Assembly: GCA_965153355.1 (NCBI GenBank)
Contig: OZ231126.1
Location: 18,352,001-18,416,000 of the forward strand
Source of the DNA: Flaccisagitta enflata
Lineage: Eukaryota
Direction of reading: 5' to 3'
Length of the DNA stretch: 64,000 nt
The notes below the pieces were generated by a model. The model was not told the origin of the DNA. It was given only the letters and a program-made list of their open reading frames with translations, and did no database searches. Position numbers and translations under genes: made by a program. Of the stretch, positions 1 to 14,398 are shown piece after piece. The first letter of the stretch is position 1. Each line of letters begins with the position of its first letter.

Positions 1-541
1 TTCCAGTCCCCAAAGGCATCGGGGAAGCCGCGATTGAGCCTCTAATCGCGGCTGAAGACGACACCACAGAAGAATGTAGGAGAGAGCTTCTAGTGGGCAC
101 AGACCACGCGATTACTGGTTGATGATGACCGCATGGAGGAAGGCTGGGGATGTACATGTGGGTAGGGAAGCTGTCGTTCCCATCCGCAAACGCACTGTGG
201 AAGCCGCGATTGAGGGAAGAGGAAGGCAAGAAAGACCTTGAGAGCAGGGAAGCGGCGATTCCAGTCCTGAAAGGCACCAGGGATGCCGCGATTAAGGCCG
301 ATGATGACATCACATTACGTGTGTCCAAGAGCCGAAAAAAGGCAAAATTGGCTCTCTCCTGGTAATCATCTGTTTCCATTGCAGAAATCCTATCAAACGA
401 GCCCTTGCGCGACTATCAATTCGATAGGGAACCATCGTTAGGATGAGTTTGAAGTTTGAAGTTTGAAGCATTATAATCAGTTTTTCTATTAAACAAATTT
501 TGTCTCTTCTGTACATCACTATGGAAACTTCACATTCTCCC

Positions 542-1146
542 CACAGTGGGCCTTAACTAGGTATGAGTTAAAAAAAATCCCCAATGGTAGTGACTTGTAT
601 GAGTAGGTATGATTTATAATGGAGTATTGATGTAAACCCTTAAAAAAAAATTTCCCTTGAAAATTTTTGCAAAAATTGCTAAAAAGTATTAATTCTTGCA
701 TATATTTATAAATAGATCTCAAGGATATATTGGTTTCAAAATTCTGACTCAAGATTCACATTCCTGGTGAAATTTCAAATTATTTGATAGGTCACACAAT
801 ATACTTTCATGAAAAAATAAGATTTTCATATTTCAAGCCACTGTTGCATTCTTTGTAACAGCGGCATAAAAAATGAAAATCTTATTTTTTCCTGAAAGTA
901 TATAGTCTGACCTATCAAATGATTGGAAATTTCACCAGGAATATGAATCTCAAGTCAGAATTTTGAAACTGATGTATCCTTCAGATCTATATATAAATAT
1001 AAATGAAAATTGATACTTTTTAATGATTTTTGCAAAAATTTTTTTTAAGGGTTTAAATCAATTCTGCTCTATAAATTGTACCTACTAATGCCAGTCACTA
1101 CCATTGGGGATTTCTTTAAACTCATACCCAGTTAAGGCCCACTGTG
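542..1146. mobile_element. Foldback MITE with CACAGTG termini and 4-bp TSD (Chapaev/CMC-like)
   Basis: Starts CACAGTGGGCCTTAAC and ends GTTAAGGCCCACTGTG; nearly the whole element is one imperfect inverted repeat; flanked by TCCC on both sides. Confidence 0.85.
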
Positions 1147-1748
1147 TCCCTAACGTTGGTTCCTGTCTGATTGGAAAGTCGCGCAATGGCTCATTTGAAA
1201 GCATTGTTGCATTTTTGCCGGGGTAGTTCAATATGGTCTGACGCCAAGAGCCTCCAAGTCAACTTCCATCAATTGCAGTGCGCTTATGTAATGACGGTTC
1301 AGTATCTTTTTTTTGATTAAGAATAATAGATACGATGAAAAATAATAGATGTACGTGACCTTACATGGTGATCTCTTGGGTTTTTTTCTGAGGAAAAAGA
1401 CCTTGAAGAATTATAGATGTACATGACCTTACTTGGTGATCTCTTGGTTTGTTTGTTTTTTTCTGAGGAAAAAAATATGTATCTAATCAGCGTTGCCTGC
1501 CTTTCGGAAGTCCATTATCTCAAATGTATCAGTTGCGGTATCATTATCGTCATCGTCATCATCATCATCATCGTCATAGATTACGTATGAAGAAAAATCA
1601 GAATCTGGCCTCACAATAGATAAAAAAAAATTATGTTAATTGATCGAAATTTCGGGGTATATGGCAAAGACTCAAAGTCATCTTGCAGGTAAGTGCGCTC
1701 CGCGATCCTGTCGTTGTTCAGCAAATGACCTCACCAATGGATTTACCA

Positions 1749-1754
<6 letters not shown>

Positions 1755-1826
<72 letters not shown>
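1755..1826. repeat. (TG)n microsatellite
   Basis: Pure GT dinucleotide run. Confidence 0.98.
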
Positions 1827-1836
<10 letters not shown>

Positions 1837-2057
1837 AAGTGTGTGTGTGTTAGCCAACAGCAATGGATAAGTTGTTTTGACCCATCTGCGCGTCGTTTTA
1901 GTCTGATAATTTTGGATATGTTTAATCTGTTCAATCTGTTCAACCTGTTATGTTTTTGATTTGATCAATATGCATGAACTATACATCTGAAAATAAGACA
2001 TTGATGATTAGAAAAAAAAACCTAGAAGAAAAACTCTTAATATTGGAAAAAAAAGAG

Positions 2058-2329
2058 TTTTTTAGTTGCGGACACGCAACTCTATAAGAGACTTTGTCCA
2101 TCCGTCGGTCGGTCCGTCGGTTGGTCCGTCGGTCCGTAACCATCGAGTTGAAAAGTGGGAAAACGCGCATTTCCGCCCCTGCCCACCCGTCCGCAACTGA
2201 TGGCCGTGTATCCGGCCTTGTTGAGCTTTTTGAGCATACGGCTCCTGCCCAGATGACCAAGTGACCTTCTCCAGCACTGCTCCTGCCCACCCGCACGCGA
2301 CTAGGGTAGCCGTGTATTCGGCCTTGTTT
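2058..2329 (+). mobile_element. Helentron/DINE-1-like non-autonomous element (family A), two stacked 3' ends
   Basis: TTTTTAGTTGCGGACACGCAAC start, (GTCG/GTCC)n core, subterminal inverted GTCCGCAA, terminal hairpin GGCCGTGTATCCGGCC then TTGTT. The family recurs many times in the window. Confidence 0.75.
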
Positions 2330-3120
2330 AACCATAATTCAACAAATCACCCGAGGGTAACATTGTTAGGATAGAATCGAGGTCAAGCTTAATGCGACCG
2401 CCGGACATTCTAATGCAAGGTACTGAGTAGTATGAAAAGTGGAACAATATCCCTCACTATACCCAAACTGAAATAAATGGAAAAGGGCCTTGTGCACCTT
2501 CACTGACTAGTAAATTAGCGCACCACTCCTAGTTTTCCATAAAACCGAATCTAAAAAACATTCCTTTGCAATCTAACCCTAAAGCAAACTGCTTACCAAA
2601 AGTCATTAGTCAATCAGGTCTATTTAGTCATTTAGGTCAGTTTAAATCATTGTATGTCTTTTTAAGTCATTTTAAGTCATTTAAAATCATCTTGAGTCAT
2701 TTTTAGTCAATTTAAGCCAGCTTAAGTTATTTATGTCCCGCGCGCGACTTATAGGTGTTGGCCTTGTTTCTGTACAACCCGTAATGGTTTAGATCAGAGC
2801 CATTTTTTTTATCCTGAGGGTCTTACTGATTTAGACCCCCATTTAGCTTAGTGTGGAAGAAAAGCAGAATAATTGTGATTTTTTATTGGAATGTATGTAA
2901 CATTGTCTCTTTTCAGTCATGGTTAAAAATCAGAGCTGAATTTCATCTAGTGAGAAGTTCTAACAAATTTAGAAGAGAGGAACATTGATTCTGATTAAAA
3001 AAAACAAAAAAACAAAAAAAAATAAAAAAATAAAAAGAATTCAGTAAAACACCAATGCCAGGTTGCAAGTCTTGGAGGTAAAATTTGAGCAATTGAGTAA
3101 TTTCCTGATACATAGCTACC

Positions 3121-4275
<1,155 letters not shown>

Positions 4276-4854
4276 TAGCTACCCCAGTTGCGTATGGGTG
4301 GACAGGGACCATATGATGTCCAGTACTGTACAGTACACCTAGGCGGAATTGAATTGGAATAAGACAGTTTGGGACAGTTTATAATAAAAATCAATTTTAC
4401 GCTTATCAATGCGCTCACACAAGGTCTTTAGGGACCCCCAGGTGCCCTAAAATTACTTTTTTTCTTCATGTTTTTTGTAAAAACGCCATTTCTAAGTCAT
4501 ATTCAAATAAAAAAACCAAAGTTGGAGCCATTTTGGATTAGTCAGAAACTTAACATTAGACCCGCGTAATGTACTGTACTGTACTGTATGTCATTGAATG
4601 AAAAACAAAAAAAGTAACAGTAAGACGGAGCAACCGAGTGATGGACAAATTTAGATGTGCAGTTACCACGGGGGGAGGAGGGAAGGGGAATAGGGGTGAA
4701 GGGGGGTCCGGTCAAAGGAACTAGTGGGGGGGGCGCCATTTCTCTCCCCGCCCCTGCCAAGGATAACTAATAGCTTTGTTGTTCCACTTGCAAATGTTCG
4801 CAACTGAATTGGTTGATAGCCAAGAGCTTTTGCTTTTCTTTATCCATTTTGTTT

Positions 4855-5065
4855 TCAAAGAATCACGCAAGGTCCAGGCTCACGACTCTCTTCATATTCC
4901 TCTTTTCGTTCGGGTACACGTGTCTCTTCGTCTTTCATCTCTTTGTTCACTTCCAACTCAGTCTCATGTTGCCATTTCTGGAACTCCCAATCGCCTACGA
5001 AGACGAGTAGGACAAAGAAAGATTCGGTCATTTGCACAATTCTCGGAACCAATACAACGTCCTCC
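4855..5065 (-). CDS. Candidate terminal exon ending in a CaaX box (…PGPCVIL*)
   Basis: Minus-strand AG at 5067-5066 precedes an open frame EDVVLVPRIVQ…EYEESREPGPCVIL-stop in non-repetitive DNA; no upstream exons established. Confidence 0.3.
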
Positions 5066-5359
5066 CTAATGTGGATGATTGCATCCGCCCTCGAGGATCT
5101 ACTCTCTATTCTATTCTATTCAATATAGTAGAAAGTAGATTGACGTTTGCACCTGCTGCTCGGATTGTCGTATATTATGTTGACGAAAATAGACACAACA
5201 ATAAGAAAACAAGGCCAAGAGATGTCCAATAGATGCGTCCTCTTTAGATGTAAGATATAATGATATGAATTATTATGATAAAGAGATATTAAGATATAAT
5301 GATATGAAAATATAAAGATGCAGAGATAAAAGAGAAAATATAAACAGATTCCTTGCTCA

Positions 5360-5535
5360 ACCCCCCCCCACGCCTCCCAACCCCTCCCCGACTCCTCCCC
5401 AACACCTCCCCACCCCCCACGCCTCCCCACCCCCCACGCCTCCCCATCCCCCACGCCTCCCCACCCCTCTCCCCACACCTCCCCACACCCCTCCCCCCAC
5501 GCCTCCCTACCCCCCCACCCCTCCCCTCGCCTCAT
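5360..5535. repeat. C-rich low-complexity tract (CCCCACGCCT-like); G4-forming potential on the minus strand
   Basis: Repeated C runs. Confidence 0.85.
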
Positions 5536-5544
5536 CCTCACGAA

Positions 5545-5920
5545 CAGACATGAAGGGACTTGGAGAGACATGAAGAGACAAGAAGAAACATGAGGAGACA
5601 TAAGAGACATAAAGAGACATGAAGAGACAGAGGAGACATAAGAGACATAAGAGACCTAAGAGACATAAGAGACCTAAGAGACCTAAGAGACATAAGAGAC
5701 ATAAGAGACCTAAGAGACATAAGAGACGTAAGAGATAAAAGAGAAATAAGAAATATATGAGACATAAGAGACATAAGAGACCTTGGAGACATATAGGAGA
5801 CATAAGAGACATAGAGGAGACAAAAGAGACAAAAGAGACAAAAGAGACATAAGAGACATAAGATACATAAGAGAAATAAGAGAAATAAGAGACATAAGTG
5901 ATATAAGAGACATATAGGCA
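5545..5920. repeat. 9-10-bp GAGACATAA minisatellite
   Basis: Tandem AGAGACATA(A) units, related to the GAGACATGA arrays at 36-39 kb and 57-61 kb. Confidence 0.9.
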
Positions 5921-6792
5921 CAGTGTACTCTTAGGTTACTTAAACATCATTTTCCTGCGTATAGTATCCGTTGCACCAATGTAAAACCCAAAAAAACCGT
6001 TGTGGTAATTTGTGGTATACCACAAAATCAGTGTGGTATACCACATCCTTAATGTCACTTTTTCCGGGGATAAGTGGGCTGTGATAGGAGGCATAAGTGA
6101 CATGTAGGAGACAAAAGAGACAAAATAGACGAAAGAGATGAAAGAGACATAAAAAATATAAGAGACATATAGAGACATGAAGAGAAATCCTTGAAAATTG
6201 CGTTTTGAAATTTTCGCGTTCCTGATCTTACACATGTGATTTTCGCTAATAGACTCCTAGCTACGACAGAAAAAATCGCAATTTCTAACATAATCTTAAT
6301 CACTTTTTCATTAGTGTGTCTGGAGGGTCTAAATCCATGATCAGCCAATCTTAATGGGCCCTCAATTTTCGTTCTGCATTCTCAAAAGTATTTCATAGCT
6401 TTGAGCCTTATTTGCATAAATAAGAAATTTAACAAAACTTCATGTTTTCGCTCGAAATCTCTTTTGCCAACCTACTAGGTGTTATTCCTTCATATTACAT
6501 CCGATTAAAGTGGTCCGAGTCCATTTTGTAACTCATAAGATGATTTCTTTTATTTTTGGCGCAAAATGTTTAATAATTTGATTGTCCGAAATTCAATTTC
6601 TTCCCCCTATGACTTCCCAAAATAAGAAAAAATTTTTTTTTTTATTTTTTTTTATCACTGCCCCAATACTTCTCAAAGGATCAGGATCAAAAATTTGTAT
6701 GGCAAAAGTCGAGGGAACCGACAGGGAAGAGATAATTCATGACGGACGGGGTTAGGACAATCAAAAATGTTTAATAATTTGATTGTCGGAAA

Positions 6793-7811
6793 TAGAGATG
6801 CAGAAGCGGAAGCGGAAGCGGAAGCGGAAGCGGGTGGAAGCGGTAGTTTGAGCATGGAAGCGGAAGCGGAAGCGGAAGCGGAATTTTGAAATTAAGTGGA
6901 AGCGGAAGCGGAAGCAAAAACTTTTTTTGATGCCTAATGGAAGCGGAAGCGGAAGCAAAAGGATATAATCAAGTGCTTCCGCTTCCGCTTCCGCTTCCGC
7001 TTCCACTTAAAATTCTGACAATATTTTGACTATAATCATGTCAGTTTTAATAATACTTATTTTAATATAATTTATTCAATTTTTGGTTTTTTTTTTCTCT
7101 TGGTATTATTATTTTTTTTTATCATTGTTGTATATTTTTCCTTCATCTGTTTGTCTTTGTTGGTCTATCCTTTTATTCTTTTTTTGCTTTATCTGACTTT
7201 TTTCTGTCTCTTTGTCTATCTCTTTATGTCTGTCTGTCTTTTGCTCACTCACTCTCTCTTTTTCTTTCTCTCTTTCTTCATTTATTCACAGTTGATTGGT
7301 TAATTGGAAAGGAGCAAGACTCATATACCTTAAGACCTGATTTCAAAGATTAGTTGAAAGGTATAGAATAAATAGATAATTGAATAGATATATAAATAAA
7401 CAAATAAATAAATAAATAAATAAAAATAGACAAAATAATTGTTTAGACTCATTGCAATAACTAGATACAGTAAAAAAATTATATTGATATCTATGTCATT
7501 AACATTTTTCCATTATCTTTTATATTTCCTTTTTTTATCCCCTCTTATTTTTTACATAAAAAAATATTTTATATAACTTAGATAAATGTTATAGTGAAAT
7601 ACTCAACAATGTGAAAGCGGAAGCGGAAGCGGAAGCGGAAGCAGAAGCGGAAGCTATGCCTTCTAAAAGGGTGGAAGCGGAAGCAGAAGCGGAAGCTATA
7701 CTTTTTGAAATGGTGGAAGCGGAAGCGGAAGCGGAAGCTGTCAATTCTCAAATATGCCTTTTGGAAGCGGAAGCGGAAGCGGTTTAAAAATCTACCGCTT
7801 CTGCATCTCTA
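6793..7811. mobile_element. hAT (Ac-like) non-autonomous element with subterminal (GAAGCG)n arrays
   Basis: TIR TAGAGATGCAGAAGCGG...CCGCTTCTGCATCTCTA; 8-bp TSD GTCGGAAA/GTCCGAAA (1 mismatch). An uninterrupted copy of the target sequence (AATAATTTGATTGTCCGAAATT) lies at about 6571-6592. Confidence 0.88.
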
Positions 7812-8689
7812 GTCCGAAATTAAATTTTTCCCTCTAAAATTGTTTTTGGTTAGTCAAAAGTTTAATAATGCTGTCTGTTGCTTAACTAGTATTGTAGTGA
7901 TCAAAATTGGGTATAAATAGTGCAACTATACTCATTCATCATCTGAAAATTTTAATGTTTAGGACGAAATGTTATATTTACACTGGACTCGTGGACTCAT
8001 GATGTCAAAAGATAGGCAAATTGTTCAGGAAGAGAATCCACATGGCTGTAGGACCTAGTCATGGATTTATATTATGTTTTCACTCAAGTAAGTGTCCGTT
8101 ACGCATTTGTTACATGATAATTAAGTCTTTGGACGTGATAAGAGACCAATGAAATTTTTTGACACTTAACACTAAATCACTTTTTCTCTTGGAGGATCCT
8201 CTCATCACATCTTAGCCCCCATGTAAGGATGAAAAAATGACATATTATCATCATATTTTGAATAGATCGCATTAAAAATGTCAAGATCACCATGAAAATC
8301 GATCGTAGGAGTCTGTTAATGAAAATCACCCATACTACAGACCCTCTTATAGAGATGCGAGGACGCATCTAAAAAGTATTCCGCGACTGGGGTCAAACAG
8401 CGTTGTGAAATGGTGCTGTCAAGTGGCATTGTCAAATGGCGTTGTCAAGTGGCGTTGTCAAATGGAGTTGTCAAATGGTGTTGTCAAACACATCGCACTT
8501 CTAGTGGACATTAAGTGCCACAGGCGCCATGTGGCACATGTGATATGAGCCACCGTGTGTCACTGCTTTTGACAAGTCTTAAATCACAAAAAAATTACTA
8601 ATTTGAAGTATATTTCTCCAATACGAATGTGCCTTGCAATCTCTATTCATTATGATGAAGAAAAGACTAGTTTCACATTCTTATCGTAA

Positions 8690-9270
8690 AGTGCCACTCT
8701 ATGTGCCACTCCATGTGCCACCCACTTTGTGGCACATGGAGTGGCACATGGTGGCACTCATGTTCTTACAACTTTTGTGTCCAATTTTTTTAACTTCACA
8801 AATCTTTTTGAAATTCTCTATCTATTAAAGTATAAAACAGTCCATTTCAGATTTATTTTCAAAAATGTGCCATTAAATGTGCCACTCCATGTGCCACCCA
8901 CTTTGTGGCACATGGTGGCACTCATTTTCTTAAAACATTTTTGTCCAATTTTTTTAACTTTACAACTTATTTTTGACTTTGTCAATCTATTGAGGTATAA
9001 AAAGTCAATTTCAGATTCATTTTCAAAAATGTGCCATTAAATGTGCCACTGAATGTGCCACTGTATGTGCCACTGAATGTGCCACAGAGCTTTGTGGCAC
9101 ATGGTGGCACTCATGTTTTTACTACATTTTTATTTCATTTCTCTTTCATTATAGACAATTTTTACCTTTTTTTATCTATTGTATTATATAAAATTAAATA
9201 TCAGATCATTTTTCATGAAATGTGCCACTGAATGAGCCACGGAGCTCTGTGGCACATGGTGGCACTTCTT
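8690..9270. repeat. Degenerate ATGTGCCAC / GTGGCACAT repeat, ~170-bp period
   Basis: Clusters of TGTGCCAC followed by inverted GTGGCACATGGTGGCAC at about 8700, 8870, 9030 and 9220. Confidence 0.75.
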
Positions 9271-9522
9271 TGAGAACAAATTCACACAAAAACGACGACG
9301 GCGCCGACGCCGATGATGATAACAAAGACAACAATAGTGACGACAAAAAAATGATGGACACATCAATGAAAACGACAACTTAAATGATGGAAACAACAAC
9401 AATGACAAAAATAATACAATCAATAATGATAAATAAGAGATAATAAATGATAAAAGTGATCAATCAAAATGCTTCAAATATAGTTTGAAGCGAGTTTTAA
9501 AAAAAATATGCAAAAAAGGAAA

Positions 9523-9720
9523 GAACAAGGCTGGATACACGGCTACCCCAGTCGCGTGCGGGTGGGCAGGAGCAGTGCTGGAGAAAGTCACATGAGTCTT
9601 TGGGTAGGAGCAGTAGACTCAAAAAGCTCAAAAACGCCGAAAAAGTAAAAAGGGGACCGACCAACCGACTGACCAACCGAAACAACGGGATGTAGAGTCG
9701 CGTAGCACGCGACAAAAAAC
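9523..9720 (-). mobile_element. Helentron/DINE-like element (family A variant)
   Basis: AACAAGGCTGGATACACGGC…GTAGAGTCGCGTAGCACGCGACAAAAAA with a GACC core. Confidence 0.7.
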
Positions 9721-9955
9721 AGCTACAACAAAAAACTCGCCCCCTGAAGTTTCTATAGTCACGACAGGTGTAAATCACCACCGATCTAGACGCTCTTGGT
9801 TTTGCTTGACGGAGATTCGATTTCTTACGCGGCTCTCTTTAAGTAAACGTCATTATTTACTTCTTAGGGACCCCAAATCTTCGTGTATTTTTGTCTCAAT
9901 ATTTCAAATTTGAAAGAATTCTTAATATCCGATCACTCGATCAACAGTTATGACC

Positions 9956-10112
9956 TACAAGACCGGATACACGGCCACCAATTGCAGACAGGTGGGTAGG
10001 GGCGGAAATGCGCGTTTTCACACTTTTCGACTTGATCATTACGGACCAACGGACCGACAGATGGACGGACGGACAAAGCCTCTTATAGAGTTGCGTGTCC
10101 GCAACGAAAAAA
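9956..10112 (-). mobile_element. Helentron/DINE-like element (family A)
   Basis: Reverse complement of the 2058-2220 element. Confidence 0.75.
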
Positions 10113-10230
10113 TGATCTCAATCCCACCCCGAAACTTGGGACAAACGATTTAACCCAACTTACTAAGCCATCGCGGCCGAGCGCGGATGAATACACGAGC
10201 AGCGCTTTCCTCGTCTAAAAATGAGCTTAC

Positions 10231-10351
10231 CGTACTCCAGCACATACACGTAGTAGGCTAAAGACGGCAAATTTACCTCATTCCATAGGTCCACAATCAG
10301 AATGCTTAATAAACTTACAAAGCCACTTTCAGTAATGTCCCAAATGCCACC
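10231..10351 (-). CDS. Candidate pair of micro-exons (33 nt and 27 nt) separated by a 61-nt GT-AG intron
   Basis: Minus strand: CAG|GGIWDITESGF|GTAAGT…TTTAG|PTTCMCWST|GTAAGC. Both donors are strong, but no homology is recognised. Confidence 0.22.
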
Positions 10352-10386
10352 CTGACGGCCCGATGTACGACAAGTGATAGAATACA

Positions 10387-10427
<41 letters not shown>

Positions 10428-11257
10428 CGAGCGCTTCTTACATGTCCATATTGGTATTGTCTGTCCGTCAAAACCTGGTTGAAAACATGAAAATATTTAG
10501 CCGTAAATCGTAAACATGACGGGTTGCGGGGAAGATAATCAAAGAGGGGGGGGGGGGGAAGAATTCGAAAGCCGTGCAACTATATACACCCGTGCATTGT
10601 TGTTGATTGAGATTTGCCCCATTTGGGTGCTTCACATAGCGAAAGAAAGGAACTCTTTTTTACCCCACTTATTAAATAAAAAACTAATTATAAAAATTTT
10701 ATATTTTCTTTAGATCATATATATTCTATCTTAATTGCACAATGATAAATCACTAAGCTAATATTCTATTAATTTTTTTGTTATTTGTCTTTTTCAAATT
10801 TTTTATTTTAAATTGATTTTTTTTTTAACTCCAATTTTATTTAGAAATAAAACTACAAATGTATTTATTTTCATTTATTTTTGGGCAAACCTTCAATGCT
10901 TTTAATTTTTTGCCTGTTTTGAAGGGTAAATAGTTTCAAAATATCCCTAATCTGATTTTCTAATTTTTTAATTTTTGGGTTGTAATGTAATGTTGTCCAA
11001 GTCATATATGATTTTATATATGATATAATCGTACATATACATAAAATAGAAAAAATAAACATGTTTTAGATAATATAGTATATATTACAATATATATCAT
11101 GATTTACATATAATTCTAAAAAAGTTAAATTATGAATTTCAATTTTTGTTAATCTTTTTTTACAATTACTGGTTTTAATAGTAAAAAAATTAACCTAAAA
11201 AACGATCTTTAATCTTTTTAAACATATCTTTAAATATTTCAAATACAATGTTCTTAT

Positions 11258-11867
11258 GTCGCGGTGCAATCGAAGACAGAATTTGATCAGTCAACATGTT
11301 TTTTAGCATTATTATAAATATTGTTAATTAGCATATTCTACCAATGAAAAATAATAACTAGTTTATATTTAAACTATTTTTGCATTTAAAAACCATTTTT
11401 GTGTTAAAAGTAACCATAAAATGTGAGGATAAAGGACAGAAAAAAGGGAGTTTTTAAGCAAAATCTTTCTTTACAATCTGACATGTCTTGAGTAAAATTA
11501 TAAGTTTGCATAGAGATTTAAAAATTGTCATTTTCAAAAACATGGCGTCTTTCTAAAGACTCATAAGATGAGGGCCATGTGTTTAGAAATGCAAAATTTT
11601 ACATGCAGAAGCAGAATTATAATTTTACCCAACAACTTTCTAAACTTTTCCTCTCATTTTTAAGAGAAAATCTCATGTTTTATTGAATAACTTTGGTCTT
11701 TATGAATATGCAATAAAAACTTTTTATATTGTGATCATATAATCATATCCTTAAAAAAATCTGGAGTATAGATTTTCTTATGAGACTACTTATTACTTTC
11801 AAGGACATACATATATGTTAATTAAACATAAATGAAAATCAAATTTTGTCTTCGTTTGCACCCCGAC
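11258..11867. mobile_element. MITE with ~29-bp TIRs and 4-bp TTAT TSD, superfamily unassigned
   Basis: GTCGCGGTGCAATCGAAGACAGAATTTGA vs TCAAATTTTGTCTTCGTTTGCACCCCGAC; TTAT on both sides. Confidence 0.7.
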
Positions 11868-12404
11868 TTATCAAATTGGTTGTTTCAAAAAATATATGAT
11901 AACAAAAAATAGATTTACAAAAAATATTCTTTATAATATGCTTTTCAATATCTTATTAATAAAATGACAGTATACTACAAAATTTTGTTATGTGAAGCAC
12001 CCAGCCCAACTGCCCCACTTTCTGGGTGATAAAAACACAACTCGGTTTAAAACTTAACAATCAAATTGTTTCAAAACTGAACATTGCTAAATAGTAAGAA
12101 ATGAAATGATATTTTTGTGACCTAGATAGTTTAAATCCTGGTAATGTATCTTATTGTTTCTCGGTATAGGAAATTATTACTAAATCTTTGTTTTGCGTTC
12201 ATTCAGTATAGTCATGTATATTCATTGAAAAGTTTTGTCTTAACGAAATATTTTCGAAAATCATCTAGGCTTTTAGATTTTCATTTTTTTACAAATCTAT
12301 GCGAAAAATTTACCGAAAATTACAAATCTTTAATTCCAATTAATTTTTCAGGTGCAATTGTTCGGGCACTTTGTTTTGTGATACTTAAAACAAGAACAAA
12401 GAGG

Positions 12405-12828
12405 TAATAGATGCAAAAGCGTTAAGTGGTCAGCGGTACCCGTGCCGTGCTGAGATGAAGTTGAGGGTGGGAGCAGGGCAGCGGCCCCAAAGGGGTTGAT
12501 TACCTATGCTTTCCCACAGGGGAATTTTCTTCTTCTCCTCCTTCTTCCTCCCCCCTCCCCCAACCTCCACGCCCATATCCCAGCCTTGAAGCCTAAATCC
12601 ATCTTGAGGCCCAGATCCCTTGAAACTGGGATTTGGTCCTCAAAGATTGGATTTTGGCCTTGAGGTTAGGATTTGGGCTTCAAGAATGGGATTTGGGCCT
12701 CAAGACTGGGATTTTAGCCCCAAGGCTGTGATAAGGGCCTGGAGGTGGAGCGGGGGGTACAAAGAAGGAGAAAATTTCCCTGTGTGAAAGCATAGGTCAT
12801 TGACCCTTTCGGGGCCGCTGCCCAAAAA
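12405..12828 (-). mobile_element. HINE/Helentron-like element, family C (GGGCAGCGGCCCC subTIR, internal ~21-bp repeats)
   Basis: GGGCAGCGGCCCC…CCTATGCTTT vs AAAGCATAGG…GGGGCCGCTGCCCAAAAA; same family at 13985-14770 and 56000-56590. Confidence 0.7.
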
Positions 12829-13984
12829 CCGGGTTTATCTTTAAACAAGGCTGGATACACGGCTACCCCAGTCGCGTGCGGGTGGCTAGGGGCCATATTT
12901 TAGGCTGGGCCCAATCAATCATGTGCGAGGCCCGAGGCAACGGTTCCCGCGAGGCCCCTGTAGTTTCAGCAAGTGTCATGCACTACCGTCTCACATAAGG
13001 TTTGAGACAAGAATGATATTACTATGATGTTTTTTGCATTTTGCGGAGTTCATGAGTATAGAAACCAAAAACCATCAAGTAGAAAATCTTTCCTGAGGCG
13101 CTTTTTAAAAAAAAAGAAAAAATCAAAGTTTTTAGCATCATTTTGCAAAGAAAATTTTTTAGGTTGGTTTGACCTATTTTTTGACAGCATAATGTTAATC
13201 CTGATAAAATTCCAATTCATTTGATAGGTTGCACTGTACAGGCGTGCTTTTTTTTCTTTCCTTCCGAGTAGCAAATATTTTCCACTGGGATCTTCCAACT
13301 TCTCTATTACTATTCATTACTATCTACTACCTGTCTAACAACCTTTTCTCACTCACTAAACTACCTTAGTCTTCTCACAAACAGAATCACAAAGAGTAAT
13401 GTAAAACAGAGCACTTGGTTTTAGACAACACCAAATCAAATCTAAGAAACACTTTCAAATAATTTTTATAAGCTTTTTTTCAGGCAACAACAGCCTGCAT
13501 TTTTCTAGGAAGTTGTTTCAGAGCTTCTTGAGGTACTTTGAAGCAATGGCGTTCCAGATTTTTTGCAGGGTAAGAAATTTTTTATTGCTTTTATCTTTAA
13601 GTGTCCATAACTTTTTAATGGACCAAATTTGTTACGGCAAAATAGAAAAAAATGGATTTTTGAAAATTCTATATTTTGGTTTCCAATTTTTTGTTCATTC
13701 ATCTAAAAACAAATGAATTATAAATGTTTGAATGAACTGATTACATAGCAAGGAAATATATTTATGAAACTTTCAAAAGGAAGAATGTCATTCAAAGTAA
13801 GATAATTTTTTTTAACCCATTGAGAGAGCAGGATGCTGTTTCCATGGATAGCTTGCAAATTCAAAGGGCTTCATTTATCTTTCTAGTCTTTTGAAGATTC
13901 TTTTAGTCTATATGATATAAGGCTAAAGGTAACAAATTATTTTTATTTCTAAGAAAGTATATTTATCTTTTTGGTCCTTTTCTT

Positions 13985-14317
13985 CCTTTTTGGGCAGTGG
14001 CCCTGAAGGGGTCGCTGACCTTTGTTTCCACACATAGGGGAAATTTCTCCTCGTCCTCCTTCTCCTTCTCTTTTTCCGTCGGTCCACCCCTTCGAGCCTC
14101 AAATCAAGCCAAAATCAAGCCAAAATTCAGCCAAAATTCAACCAAAATCCAGCCAAAATCCAGCTGAAATTCAGCATATATCCAGCCAAATTCCAGTAAA
14201 AATCCAGCCACAATTCAGCCAAAATCCAGCGAAATTTGGCCAAAATCAAGCCAAAATTTAACCAAAATCAAGCCCGCATGCCGCAAAAATGTTTGTGCAC
14301 ATGTATGTGTGTGTGTC

Positions 14318-14398
<81 letters not shown>

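Noticed and set aside
1-310. GC-richer stretch with recurring GAAGCCGCGATT
   Set aside because: A degenerate repeat truncated by the window edge; no assignable product.
1640-1755. Possible small plus-strand exons around CAG|GTAAGT at about 1688; similar hints at 24000-24250
   Set aside because: No consistent frame or recognisable protein, so it cannot be supported without transcripts.
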